A stretch of DNA of 64,000 bases from Candidatus Sungiibacteriota bacterium (GCA_016206285.1 JACQRW010000024.1:1376-65375); one strand, 5' to 3'. Shown: positions 19,173-29,336, counted from the first letter of the stretch. Made by a program: numbers and translations. The notes: generated from the sequence alone by a model not told the origin.

Positions 19173-20921
19173 TCACGCGACTTTGGCATGATAGCACTGC
19201 TCGCAATAAATGTTTTTCTCTCCCAGTGCCGGATCGTACATGGTAGGCACGATTTTTCCGCATTTCGCGCAGGCAACCTCCCAGAATTGCAGCCGCATAT
19301 CCATGTCTTTGCGCCACTGGGCCATACGGACAAACGGATGCACGCGCGGAAGCGGCAGATTGTATTTTCGATAAAATGCAAGTTCAAAAGGCACGATGCG
19401 AAATTTCCTGTTATGCTCCACGTCAAGAATGACTTTTTGCAAAATGGAGTCATCCACATCTTTAATATCAAGCGAAAGTTCGCTTGAGCGAAGCACTGAC
19501 AAAGAGGTCTCTCCTGACGCATCCTCCGGGATGTTTTCAACCCAATAGCCGTCGCGCTTTGCTTTCTCTAAATCCTCAAATCCGGGATAGGCCGTGATCA
19601 AAGAGGTGTTATACGGAAATGGCGCTAACGCAGGCGGGAAAAACTCTCCATACTCTCCCCTCTCAAGCATGGCTTTCTTGAGCAGATCAACAACCCGCCA
19701 GTATTCCTCCGGCGCATACTGTTTATTGAATATACAAAATGATTTGTTGCGCAAGCCTACGCAGCCAAACAAATCGTGACAATTATAGCACGAATCGCAG
19801 TATTCCAGGTCGCGGGAATTATGGACGTTGTTTGAAAATTTGATGCCATAATTGTTTTCCGCGGATACGGAAATAAATTCATAACATAATTCAAAGTTTG
19901 CCCCGCCAAGGATATCATACGAATCGCGCGCGCCCAGAAATCCCAGAGAGTAGCACACGCGTTCAGACTCGAACGCGAAAAGTACGAAGTAGCAGTCTTT
20001 GACATTGAACATCCATGTCCCGACCGAATTCACCCACTGCTCTCCGTGGATATTTTTTTTGATCGCGTTTTTCTTCAGCTCTTGAAAATCTTTGAGATAC
20101 TTTTGCAGTTCTTCGTAATTTCCCAGATTGACTTCGCGTAATTTCTTTTCATATTCCTCGCGAGAAAGCTGCTGGTTGTAGAAACAATATTTTTTGTTGC
20201 GCAGATTCGAGCACATAAAGCAATGCTCGCAGTTTTTGCAGTCAAAGAGAAAATAACTCTCGATGCTGTTTTCCGTCCAATAACAGAAAAAACATTTGAA
20301 CATCGTGGTCCCATGCGAACCGTAGCATGAATCGGCGGAAATACACGCCCAGCAGTCCATACAGTTTTTATTTTTCATGCAGCATTCGACATAGTAAAGA
20401 TCTTCTCCGTACAGCATGTCAAACGCAACATAGCAATTTTTCAGATGCGTGGAGCTGTTGGTATATTCAGAGTTTACGTTTGAAGAATCATTATTCAGAT
20501 TCGGGCGCGGAACCTCGCGCTGCAGCAGCCGAAACTGGCCAAAAAACGGCTGTCCAGAATCCGGCGCTTTCCCGTATGAGAGCGGATCCCACTGGTCCGA
20601 AAACCATATGCCGTGCTCATAGATTTTAAAAGGGGCAGTACGGGGATAGACCGATATGATTTCTTTGCCCGTATGCGCCGATTTCACTTTGAAAAATTGA
20701 TACCCGGGTGCAAAGGTAAGTTTTTTTCTCCAGCGCTCCAGCGGCGAGAGCGTAGGCAGCGGCACGCGTATTTTCCGGTAGAATTCGACATCTTCGGGCC
20801 GGATGTAAAACTTTTCTCCGGAAACCCGGCATGTCCGCCACTGCCCGCCTTGCTCGTCCAATTCCAAACCGGCAAAGTATCGCTCAATCGCTTGGTCGAA
20901 TTGGGGCGTTTTTGCATTCAT
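19173..20921 (-). CDS. Cys-rich Zn-ribbon repeat protein, paralog 5 of 9 (divergent subtype)
   Basis: Extra N-terminal helix; CRVS..FYIRPED..PLPTLSP replaces the CxxC pairs; core FGCVGLRNK motif retained. Confidence 0.85.
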   Translation of the reverse strand: MNAKTPQFDQAIERYFAGLELDEQGGQWRTCRVSGEKFYIRPEDVEFYRKIRVPLPTLSPLERWRKKLTFAPGYQFFKVKSAHTGKEIISVYPRTAPFKIYEHGIWFSDQWDPLSYGKAPDSGQPFFGQFRLLQREVPRPNLNNDSSNVNSEYTNSSTHLKNCYVAFDMLYGEDLYYVECCMKNKNCMDCWACISADSCYGSHGTTMFKCFFCYWTENSIESYFLFDCKNCEHCFMCSNLRNKKYCFYNQQLSREEYEKKLREVNLGNYEELQKYLKDFQELKKNAIKKNIHGEQWVNSVGTWMFNVKDCYFVLFAFESERVCYSLGFLGARDSYDILGGANFELCYEFISVSAENNYGIKFSNNVHNSRDLEYCDSCYNCHDLFGCVGLRNKSFCIFNKQYAPEEYWRVVDLLKKAMLERGEYGEFFPPALAPFPYNTSLITAYPGFEDLEKAKRDGYWVENIPEDASGETSLSVLRSSELSLDIKDVDDSILQKVILDVEHNRKFRIVPFELAFYRKYNLPLPRVHPFVRMAQWRKDMDMRLQFWEVACAKCGKIVPTMYDPALGEKNIYCEQCYHAKVA

Positions 20922-20930
20922 AGGTTACTT

Positions 20931-22625
20931 TCAATCAAGTTCTTTTTGATAGCATTTCGCACATAAAATCTTCTGGCCCGCAAGCGAGGACGGATACTCG
21001 ACGGAAGCCCCGCATTGTTCACACACCCCATGCACACTCTTCAATTCCGCCATCCAGAGGTTTAATTTTTCCTTGATCCGGCACAGAGGACACCGGCGCG
21101 GCAGCGGCAGCGAGCGCCGTTTCAAAAAATCCAGCTCCCGGGGAATAATCCGAAAGCCGCGTCGGCATTCGGCACAGCGTATAATCTCTTTCAAAATCCG
21201 CTCGCCTGCATCTTTGATATGATCCGGCAACTCGGAGGCGTCGCGATCAATATGGTGTTCGGTTTTTTCTTCTTTTGTCCATACAAAACCTTGCGTACGC
21301 GCCTCATCTTCAGTACGCGGAAACATATTGTGTGCAAGAGATTCATTGTAGCCGTGGGGACTGAATTCCGGGGGAAAAAATTCACCGTAGAAGTATTTTC
21401 GTCCGACACGGTCCTCAAAGGGAACGCGGCGCATCTCGTCCTTGATTTTCCCGACAAGCGAATGATATTCCTCTTTCGAATATTGCTTGTTCAAAATGCA
21501 GTAGTGCTGGCTGCGAAGCGAGACACACCCAAAGGTATTGGAAGATCCCACGCCGCTTAATACCGTGTACTCCATGTCATACGCTCCCTCAAAACAGAGA
21601 TTACCAAAACGGATGTTTGCCGCGTTGCGCCCGACCAATCCCTCGTAGCAAGACTGGGCTTCTCCCCAAGTGGATATATCGTATGAATCTTTCACATCGC
21701 GCACCATGAAAAGATACCGGGAATCTTCTCCCCGCGTCACCTCATAACAATCTTTGCAATTTTTGGATTGGTGAACGTAATTTCCCGTGCAGTTCACCGA
21801 GAATTCGTCAAACCGGACTTTAGGCGGGTACTGCTGCCAATGAGATTCCGCCGCCTTTTTCGCCTCCATGTATATGCGATACGAGCCAAAATCCCATTTT
21901 TTCATCTCCTCAGCATACTTTTCCTTGGAATAAGGCTTATTGAAAATATGATATTGCTTGTTTCGCAAATTTGCAGAAGCAAAACAATCCGTGCAATGAT
22001 GACAATCCCGCAAAAACGAACAATACGCGGACTCATACACCTGATTGCGCAATCCCGTACCGTAACTCACCTTATAGATGTGCGCGGAGTCATAGCAGGT
22101 ATCACACTGCTGTATGAGCGAACAATCATAGGTGCTCTTTGAGCGAAACACATACACGCCATACGCGCAATCTTCCACTTCGTCGGTCTGCGAGAGAAGA
22201 TATGAGTCCTTCACTTTTCCGGCGTAATTATTGTAGGGCGAGTTCTGCGCGGTATCAAGATCAACCGCCAGACCTATGAGCGGAACGCTTTTCCATAACT
22301 CGCGAAACTGCTCGAAAAACGGCTTGGAAAAGTCATAGTCCCGGCCATAATCCCTCGCGTCCCACTTGTCGGACCACCAGCACTGCGGACAATACACCAC
22401 AAACGGAGCATCAGGATGGTAGTTGGTGATAAACGGCTGCTTACAAAGACCGCATATCCGGTGATAGAGGTGGATCAAATTCAAAAACGAAAGCCGCCGC
22501 TGCAGCCGACATTGGGGACACCACGTCGGCGCAGGCACCTGCATCTTCTCGTAAAACGCAAAATCCTCCGGCTCGATGGTAAAGGGATTTTTGCAATTCT
22601 GGCAGGTTTTGGTTTCTTTATTCAT
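20931..22625 (-). CDS. Cys-rich Zn-ribbon repeat protein, paralog 6 of 9
   Basis: MNKETKTCQNC start at 22625, ATGA overlap with paralog 7. Confidence 0.88.
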   Translation of the reverse strand: MNKETKTCQNCKNPFTIEPEDFAFYEKMQVPAPTWCPQCRLQRRLSFLNLIHLYHRICGLCKQPFITNYHPDAPFVVYCPQCWWSDKWDARDYGRDYDFSKPFFEQFRELWKSVPLIGLAVDLDTAQNSPYNNYAGKVKDSYLLSQTDEVEDCAYGVYVFRSKSTYDCSLIQQCDTCYDSAHIYKVSYGTGLRNQVYESAYCSFLRDCHHCTDCFASANLRNKQYHIFNKPYSKEKYAEEMKKWDFGSYRIYMEAKKAAESHWQQYPPKVRFDEFSVNCTGNYVHQSKNCKDCYEVTRGEDSRYLFMVRDVKDSYDISTWGEAQSCYEGLVGRNAANIRFGNLCFEGAYDMEYTVLSGVGSSNTFGCVSLRSQHYCILNKQYSKEEYHSLVGKIKDEMRRVPFEDRVGRKYFYGEFFPPEFSPHGYNESLAHNMFPRTEDEARTQGFVWTKEEKTEHHIDRDASELPDHIKDAGERILKEIIRCAECRRGFRIIPRELDFLKRRSLPLPRRCPLCRIKEKLNLWMAELKSVHGVCEQCGASVEYPSSLAGQKILCAKCYQKELD

Positions 22626-24367
22626 GCCATTTCTGCCTGGTAACACTCCTCGCAATAGATGATTTCTTTTCTTTCAGGAGCGTAACTTGTCTCAAATTCA
22701 TTTGGACATTGATTCAAACCATGAACATGGGAGCTTGCGTTAGCGTATATCCCATTGGCGCTCTTCTGCCCGGAGCAATGGCAATGTACTCGCCAGAGCT
22801 TGCGGGGATTGCGCATTGCCATGCGATCTTGTCTGCGACATGCAGGACACTTTGCAGGTATCGGCATGTTCATTTTCCGATAGAATGCCAGCTCCTCCGG
22901 CAGAATACGAAAAGCAGTAGTACAATGAAGATTTTTTTCTTTCGCGCCAGGGTCATCTTGCGAAACGCACCCGATGACTTTTTCAAGAATGCTTTCATTA
23001 GTATCTCCAATCGTTTCCGGAATGTCTTCCGGACGCAGAGTAATGCCATACCCGCGTTCAGGCCGCTCGTACCACCGCATCCCCTTTGACAGAACATCAG
23101 TTTTTGTAAGCGGAAAATAATCCTGTGCTACTGTTTCGTTGTATGCAAACAACGTACGGGTTGCGGGGAAAAATTCTCCCCACTCTTTGGTCTCTTTCAT
23201 GTGTGCGATGATTTTTTCAAGAAGTGCTGCATATTCCTCTTTGGTATACTGTTTGTTGAAGATACAGTACTCGGCTTTTTTCAGTCCAACACAGCCGAAA
23301 AGATCATGGCTGTTGGTACAGAGTTCGGAATAAAACGAGTTAAGCACCTGAACACTCTTAGTTACTCCGATAGAACTTTGCGCCGTGACGCCTTCATTTT
23401 CATATCCAAGCTCAACCCATGCCTCCGTGCAGTCAATGCTGTCTTTTGAATAATTGGTGTCCTGGCAATAGCGCAGATTCTCCGCCTCACTGGCGTGGAA
23501 AACCGCAAAGGAGTTTTTGATGTCATGGATGTAATCTCCTACGGAATGAAGTGTGTTTCTGCCGTGATAACTTTTATGCGGGTATCTCATCGCAAGCTCC
23601 ACGAGCAATATCTTCTCTTTTTGTATATTCGCGCGGCTGAATACAAATTCAGAAAGCCGCTTCTCGTATTCTTCGCGCGTCAGCTGCTCGTTTTTCCAGC
23701 AATATGATTTGTTCCGTAATCCATAGCATCCGAAACACGATGTGCATCCTCTGCAATCCTTCAAAAAATAACTTGTGGTCGTGTCGGCGCAGTCTTCAAG
23801 ATACGCGGAACGACTGCAATTGATACTATTAAGGGATTCGTACAGTAGTTCGCTTTGGAGGATGTCATAGCAGTCAACGGATTCGCGTGTTTTATCCAAC
23901 CAGTATCCGTAGAGGCAGTTTTCGGAATATGCCGTTGAGACGCACATGTAGCAGTTTTTGTTACTCACCGATTGATTTGTATATTCGGAATTGGTGCTAT
24001 GCCAATTTGCCATTGCAATATGCGGAACTTTCAGGCGAAATGCATGGAATTGTTCAAAGAACGGCTGCGAAAAATCAAAATCGCGGGCGTATGCATACGG
24101 ATCCCACCCATCCCCCCACCAGCACGAGTGGCAATATACCGGTCCCGGATATTCAGAATTATACAGAGAGACGGTATCCTTGGCGCACAGATCGCATTTC
24201 CGGCGGTAAAAATTCCATTCATTCCGGTTCGTAAGCCGCCGCTGATACCGGCACTCCGGACAAAACGTGGGCGGCGGCACTTTGATCTTCTCATAAAACG
24301 CAAAGTCCTCCGGTTCAATAGTAAAGCCAGTTTGGCAGTTTTGGCATTGTTTTTGTTCTGTCGGCAT
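22622..24367 (-). CDS. Cys-rich Zn-ribbon repeat protein, paralog 7 of 9
   Basis: MPTEQKQCQNC start; same motifs. Confidence 0.88.
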   Translation of the reverse strand: MPTEQKQCQNCQTGFTIEPEDFAFYEKIKVPPPTFCPECRYQRRLTNRNEWNFYRRKCDLCAKDTVSLYNSEYPGPVYCHSCWWGDGWDPYAYARDFDFSQPFFEQFHAFRLKVPHIAMANWHSTNSEYTNQSVSNKNCYMCVSTAYSENCLYGYWLDKTRESVDCYDILQSELLYESLNSINCSRSAYLEDCADTTTSYFLKDCRGCTSCFGCYGLRNKSYCWKNEQLTREEYEKRLSEFVFSRANIQKEKILLVELAMRYPHKSYHGRNTLHSVGDYIHDIKNSFAVFHASEAENLRYCQDTNYSKDSIDCTEAWVELGYENEGVTAQSSIGVTKSVQVLNSFYSELCTNSHDLFGCVGLKKAEYCIFNKQYTKEEYAALLEKIIAHMKETKEWGEFFPATRTLFAYNETVAQDYFPLTKTDVLSKGMRWYERPERGYGITLRPEDIPETIGDTNESILEKVIGCVSQDDPGAKEKNLHCTTAFRILPEELAFYRKMNMPIPAKCPACRRQDRMAMRNPRKLWRVHCHCSGQKSANGIYANASSHVHGLNQCPNEFETSYAPERKEIIYCEECYQAEMA

Positions 24368-24535
24368 AGTATAGTATTGCGACCATGACACCCTCTCACC
24401 GCATGATACCTGTTAATTTTCGCAAACTCAAGGATTAAAAATACTTATAAGAGCTGTGGACAATCATGCTTTACATTGCGCAGTACATGGAGTATACTGA
24501 AACTTAGATTATACGAATAACTTAATCATAAGAAT

Positions 24536-25369
24536 ATGAAAAAAACATTATCTTTTATTGCTGGTTTTTCGATCCTTGCACAACTCGCTCCAATTGCAGT
24601 TTTGGCGCAAACTCCGGGCGAAACAAGACCGGAACGGCGGCAGCAAATGCAGGAAAAACGCCGGGAAAATAGGCAAGAAGTGCAGGGGGAAAAAGCGGAG
24701 CTTCGCGAAGAAACCAAGCTAAAGCGCGAAACACTCAAAACCGATATCAGACAGAAAGCGGAAACATTGCGCCAGCAAATCCAGGAAAGAGCAAAAACCT
24801 TCCGGGAAGCAACCACAACCGTGGAGCAAAAAAAGGCATTCCGCGCTGAAATAAAGGAGAAACGGCAAACGTTTAAAACCGAGGTCAAAGAAAAACGCGA
24901 AGAGTTCCGGCAAGAAACAAAAAAACGCAGGGAAGAATTCAAAAAACATGTTGGCGAGAAGCGAGCGGAAAACATAGAACGGTTTTTTGACCAGATGGTC
25001 AAAAAAGTTGAATCGGCCATTGACCGGCTGAATCAGTCCGCCGATAAAATTGAGGCGCGAATCGACCAAGCAGAAGACAATGGGAAAAATGTAAGCGCGA
25101 TTCGTACGGAACTTGAGGCAGCTCGCGTGAAAATCGCCGATGCCGAAACCGCACTTGCCACTGCCAAAGCAAAATATGCCGAAACGGCTTCAAGCCAAGA
25201 CCCCAAAACCGCATTCGCGAATGTGCGTGCGGCAATGAAAATCGTTTCTGACAAAGTGAAGAACGCGCATCAAGCACTGGTAGCAGTTATCAGTTCACTG
25301 AAAGGAGTCGCCGGCAAAACTACTTCTGCTCCTCCGGCGCCAGCGCCTACGTCGACACCAAGCCAATAA
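24536..25369 (+). CDS. Secreted coiled-coil protein
   Basis: Signal peptide ending AVLA-Q, long E/K/R-rich helix, Pro/Thr tail. Confidence 0.8.
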   Translation: MKKTLSFIAGFSILAQLAPIAVLAQTPGETRPERRQQMQEKRRENRQEVQGEKAELREETKLKRETLKTDIRQKAETLRQQIQERAKTFREATTTVEQKKAFRAEIKEKRQTFKTEVKEKREEFRQETKKRREEFKKHVGEKRAENIERFFDQMVKKVESAIDRLNQSADKIEARIDQAEDNGKNVSAIRTELEAARVKIADAETALATAKAKYAETASSQDPKTAFANVRAAMKIVSDKVKNAHQALVAVISSLKGVAGKTTSAPPAPAPTSTPSQ

Positions 25370-25393
25370 AAGTAACTATAATTCAACATATTT

Positions 25394-25672
25394 ATGAATG
25401 AAACCATGCAATCAAATCAATCGCAGTTGCCCCCGGAGAAAAAAACAACATCGCGACTTTTGACTATCGTTGTGCTTGGCGCGGTGATCGTACTTGCCAT
25501 TGTCGTTTATCTCTTTTCTTCGGGCTCTTCGACTCCTTTGCCTTCGGAAGAAACAACGGCAGTCCCGGCCCCGACAGAAGAAGCAGATGCGCTTGCACAA
25601 GAGGTGCAAAGTATGAATCTGGAAGGTCTTGATGCCGAACTTGGTGATATTGAAAAAGAACTCGCACAGTAG
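25394..25672 (+). CDS. Small single-pass membrane protein
   Basis: One TM helix and an acidic C-terminus. Confidence 0.75.
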   Translation: MNETMQSNQSQLPPEKKTTSRLLTIVVLGAVIVLAIVVYLFSSGSSTPLPSEETTAVPAPTEEADALAQEVQSMNLEGLDAELGDIEKELAQ

Positions 25673-25688
25673 CATCTTCCAAAACATC

Positions 25689-25724
25689 AAAATACCGCGC
25701 CCTCTTACGGGGCGCGGTATTTTT
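25689..25724. terminator. Bidirectional terminator
   Basis: AAAATACCGCGCCC...GGGCGCGGTATTTT between convergent genes. Confidence 0.85.
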
Positions 25725-25728
25725 GTCT

Positions 25729-27510
25729 TTACACAACTTCGCTCTGATAACACTGCTCACAGTATATGATCTCCGGACGGTCGGGCGAGTAGGAGGTTTG
25801 AAATTCATTGGTACAAGGCATATCACCATGAAAATGTTCTATATCATTGACATATGCTCCGTTTGTGGATTTTGAACCCCCGCACTGACAGCTCCGCAAC
25901 CAAAGCCGGACCGGATTACGCTGTCGCACCCGGCTATAATGTCGGCAACTGGGACAAAGTTTTGGGACCGGTATCTTCATCTGCCGGTAAAATTGCAGCT
26001 CCGGCGCGATAATGCGAAAAGCTTTGGTGCATTGCTCCTCGCACTGGCCTTTATGCCCGCATTCGATAATTTCTTTCAGAATCGAGTCGTCTATATTAGT
26101 GATATCGTCCGGAATGTCTTCGAATGTAAGCGTGGGGGTATGCGTTTTTTGATCCGGATCGCGCCATGAGAACCCCTGCGCCAATGCTTTTTCTTTGGTA
26201 AGAGGGTACGCCTCCTGGGCCAATGTTTCGTTGTAGGCAAACGGGCTGATTTCAATCGGGAAAAACTCCCCGTAGGCGTAACTACGGCCCTGCGTGCCCG
26301 CGTAGGGCATATCCTGCATATGTTGAATCAATCTGGGAACCAGTTCTTTGTATTCCACTTCAGAATATTGTTTATTCAGGATGCAGTATTGCTTGTTTCT
26401 CATACCAATACAGCCAAACAGATTGCTCACATGGTGGCAATTATATGAATAGTAGATATCATGCGAATTAAAAACGAATCGGGAGAAAAAAACTCTGCTG
26501 CCCGGGTACACGCTCGAACTTTCGTATACCAATTCCGTGTTCAAGCCCGCCCGATCCAGATCAAAACAATCTTTGATACGCGAGTAGGCAAGCACATCGT
26601 ACGCGCAATCTTCTGCGCCGCCAAAAACATCAAAACATTGGCGGCAGTTTTTTGCCTGTTCCAAATTGTCGCCAGTGGAGTTGGCAGTCTGAATCAGGCG
26701 GGCAAAACGGCGCGGAAAATTGACGGAAAAATTTGCAAACTTCTGTTTCAATTCTGTGATTTGCTTCGCATCACCCGAATTTATTTCCTTGAGTCGTTTT
26801 TGATACTCCTCTTTTGTAAGCTGCTCATTCCAAAAGCAGTAGGATTTATTCTTTAAATTCACGCATCCGAAACAATCATGGCAGTTTTTGCAGTTAAACA
26901 AGAAAGCGCTGTCATAACAATCATCGCAGTAACGGCTATACCTCAAACGCATACACGAAATGCAATCCACGGTCTCATAGTTGAACTCGCTCTTGGAAAC
27001 CCAGTAGGCATCCACGCACTCTTTGCAGTTAAAGACATAGGTAGAGTAAAGCGTGTTTTCATTAAAATCGCCCCCGAATACGAGATAGCAGTTTTTATTG
27101 CCCTCGGTTATACTGCAATACTCGCTGTTTATGGGGTTAATGTTCATGACCGCAATATCCGGCACCTCGCGCCATAACTCCTGGAGCTGTGTAAAAAACG
27201 GCTTGCTCCAGTCAATCTCTTTCCCATAATCCAGAGGATTCCAAGCATCTCCCCACCATGCTTGGTGATCATAGGTGCGCTGCGGATTGTCCGGCGAAAA
27301 GACCGAGATGGATTCTTCGGCATGTCCCGGTGCTTCGCATTTTTTCTTATACAAAGTCCGCTCGTTGCGAAACGCCAATCGGCGTTGGAGCCGGCAATTA
27401 AAACAAAACGTAGGCGGCGGCACGTTTATCTTCTCGTAAAACGCAAAGTCCTCCGGCTCGATGGTGAACGAGTTTTTGCAGTTTTGGCAGATTTTGGTTT
27501 CGGAATTCAT
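25729..27510 (-). CDS. Cys-rich Zn-ribbon repeat protein, paralog 8 of 9
   Basis: MNSETKICQNC start at 27510, ATGA overlap with paralog 9. Confidence 0.88.
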   Translation of the reverse strand: MNSETKICQNCKNSFTIEPEDFAFYEKINVPPPTFCFNCRLQRRLAFRNERTLYKKKCEAPGHAEESISVFSPDNPQRTYDHQAWWGDAWNPLDYGKEIDWSKPFFTQLQELWREVPDIAVMNINPINSEYCSITEGNKNCYLVFGGDFNENTLYSTYVFNCKECVDAYWVSKSEFNYETVDCISCMRLRYSRYCDDCYDSAFLFNCKNCHDCFGCVNLKNKSYCFWNEQLTKEEYQKRLKEINSGDAKQITELKQKFANFSVNFPRRFARLIQTANSTGDNLEQAKNCRQCFDVFGGAEDCAYDVLAYSRIKDCFDLDRAGLNTELVYESSSVYPGSRVFFSRFVFNSHDIYYSYNCHHVSNLFGCIGMRNKQYCILNKQYSEVEYKELVPRLIQHMQDMPYAGTQGRSYAYGEFFPIEISPFAYNETLAQEAYPLTKEKALAQGFSWRDPDQKTHTPTLTFEDIPDDITNIDDSILKEIIECGHKGQCEEQCTKAFRIIAPELQFYRQMKIPVPKLCPSCRHYSRVRQRNPVRLWLRSCQCGGSKSTNGAYVNDIEHFHGDMPCTNEFQTSYSPDRPEIIYCEQCYQSEVV

Positions 27511-29273
27511 GAGATTTCTTCCTGATAACACGATTCGCAGTAGACGATTTCAGGACGGTCGGGAGCATAGGACGTTTCAAAATCATTGGAACACGGCTGG
27601 ACTCCATGAAGATGTGCACCCTCATTTTGATATGCTCCATTTTCGCTTTGCGCCCCGGCACACTGGCAGCGACGGAAATAAAACCGAACCGGATTCCGGC
27701 ATTTCATGCGTTCCCGATGACGACACGCGACACAAAGCCGCGGCAAAGGCAGCGACATGTTCTTTAGAAAATCAAATTCCATCTGGATAATCCGATATGC
27801 CCCTCCGCACGAACCGCATCGGATAACCTCCTTTAACAATGAATCTTCGGCATTGCGGATATGATCGGGCAGATCTTTTGCGTCAATAGTAGCTTCATGT
27901 CCCCTTGCTTCGGAATCATGCCAGGAATATCCCCTTTCCAGTGCTTCGTCTTTTTCCCGGGGAAGAAAATCGCCCGCGATCGTCTCGTTGTACGCAAACG
28001 GCGAAAACTCGGATGGGAAAAATTCACCGTAGCGATATATGTTTCCGCGCGCATCGGTATAGGGCATCTCATGCATATGCCGGATGATTTTCTCGCGAAG
28101 CGCGAAGTAATCCTCTTTTGAGTATTGTTTGTTGAAAATACAGTAGGACTTCTTTTTAAGTCCCACGCAGCCAAAAAGATAGCTGGGAGAAGAGTGACAA
28201 TGCACGGAGTATTCCACGTCGTGGGCGGAAGACCAGCAGTTCCAGCTGAATTTTACATTGTGACACGCATTTCCCGTTTGCAACGCCTCGTACATCAACT
28301 CCGATGTCTCGCCCCATAATGTATAGTCGTAGCTGTCCTTTGTCGCACCCAAATATACACCCTGACAATAACGCGAGTCCTCAATTTGCGTCGCATTATA
28401 ACAATACTTGGCATTTTTTCCGTATGAGACAAAATCTCCAGACACGCTGGCATTATGCCAGCCGGACATATATTTATAGGGCAGCGAGCGCCAGTGTTTT
28501 GCGACGCGTTCTTTTACCTCCACGAACGACTGATATGAGCCCTGATCGAAAATTCTTTTCAATTCTTCGCCATATGCTTCCCGGGTATACGGCTTGTTGA
28601 AAATGTGATACTGCTTGTTGCGAAGATTCGCAGATCCGAAACAATCTGAACATCCGACGCAATCCCGCGAGAACCATACGTTATGGCACTGTTCCAGATT
28701 ATGCGAATAAAAAACACGGTTGCAGTCGTATAGAAAAGACCCTTCATAGCACAGTTCATCGCGCATTCCCGTGGTCAGGTCAAAAGTACTTTTTAAATAC
28801 CCGGCATCAATGGCGTATGCCGCGTCTTCGGAGTAGCCGGTACTGAAGCAGAGATAGCAATTTTTAAGATAATAAGCGTTATTTGAATAGTCGGAGTTAA
28901 TGGCATTCGAAATATTTCTGCTTGCCCATGGAACCGCATACATTAACTCTTTGAACTGCTCAAAAAACGGCCGCGAAAAGTCATAATTCCTTCCGTAGTC
29001 CATCGGATCCCATGCATCGGACCACCAGTAATCTTTCTCATAGATTTTTATCGGCACATGCGGCGAAACCCAAGAAAATATCTCTTTTCCGGAAATATCA
29101 TCCCTTTTCCTGTACAAAACGCGCTCATTGCGAAACAAACACCGACGAATAAGTCTGCACTCCGGACAAAACGTAGGCGGCGGCACGTTTATCTTCTCGT
29201 AAAACACAAAGTCCTCCGGTTCGATAGTGAACGGCCTTTTGCAGTTTTGGCAGATGCGGGTTTCGGGGTTCAT
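27507..29273 (-). CDS. Cys-rich Zn-ribbon repeat protein, paralog 9 of 9
   Basis: MNPETRICQNC...YCESCYQEEIS. Confidence 0.88.
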   Translation of the reverse strand: MNPETRICQNCKRPFTIEPEDFVFYEKINVPPPTFCPECRLIRRCLFRNERVLYRKRDDISGKEIFSWVSPHVPIKIYEKDYWWSDAWDPMDYGRNYDFSRPFFEQFKELMYAVPWASRNISNAINSDYSNNAYYLKNCYLCFSTGYSEDAAYAIDAGYLKSTFDLTTGMRDELCYEGSFLYDCNRVFYSHNLEQCHNVWFSRDCVGCSDCFGSANLRNKQYHIFNKPYTREAYGEELKRIFDQGSYQSFVEVKERVAKHWRSLPYKYMSGWHNASVSGDFVSYGKNAKYCYNATQIEDSRYCQGVYLGATKDSYDYTLWGETSELMYEALQTGNACHNVKFSWNCWSSAHDVEYSVHCHSSPSYLFGCVGLKKKSYCIFNKQYSKEDYFALREKIIRHMHEMPYTDARGNIYRYGEFFPSEFSPFAYNETIAGDFLPREKDEALERGYSWHDSEARGHEATIDAKDLPDHIRNAEDSLLKEVIRCGSCGGAYRIIQMEFDFLKNMSLPLPRLCVACRHRERMKCRNPVRFYFRRCQCAGAQSENGAYQNEGAHLHGVQPCSNDFETSYAPDRPEIVYCESCYQEEIS

Positions 29274-29307
29274 ATAAAAATCAGATGGTTATTCACGTTA
29301 TTTACTA

Positions 29308-29336
29308 TTGACATTCTTTACGCTTTTTGCTAACCT
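29308..29336 (+). promoter_or_regulatory. sigma70 promoter antisense to the NYN gene 3' end
   Basis: TTGACA-17 nt-TAACCT with TG extension. Confidence 0.65.

Noticed and set aside
11660-29273. Diversity-generating retroelement or CRISPR array as the explanation for the repeats
   Set aside because: No reverse transcriptase or cas gene in the window; the repeats are coding gene ends ~1.7 kb apart and the differences are not adenine-specific
11660-29273. Multiheme cytochrome or polyferredoxin call for the Cys-rich proteins
   Set aside because: CxxCH occurs only sporadically and is not conserved, there is no signal peptide, and no canonical CxxCxxCxxxCP ferredoxin motif is consistently present
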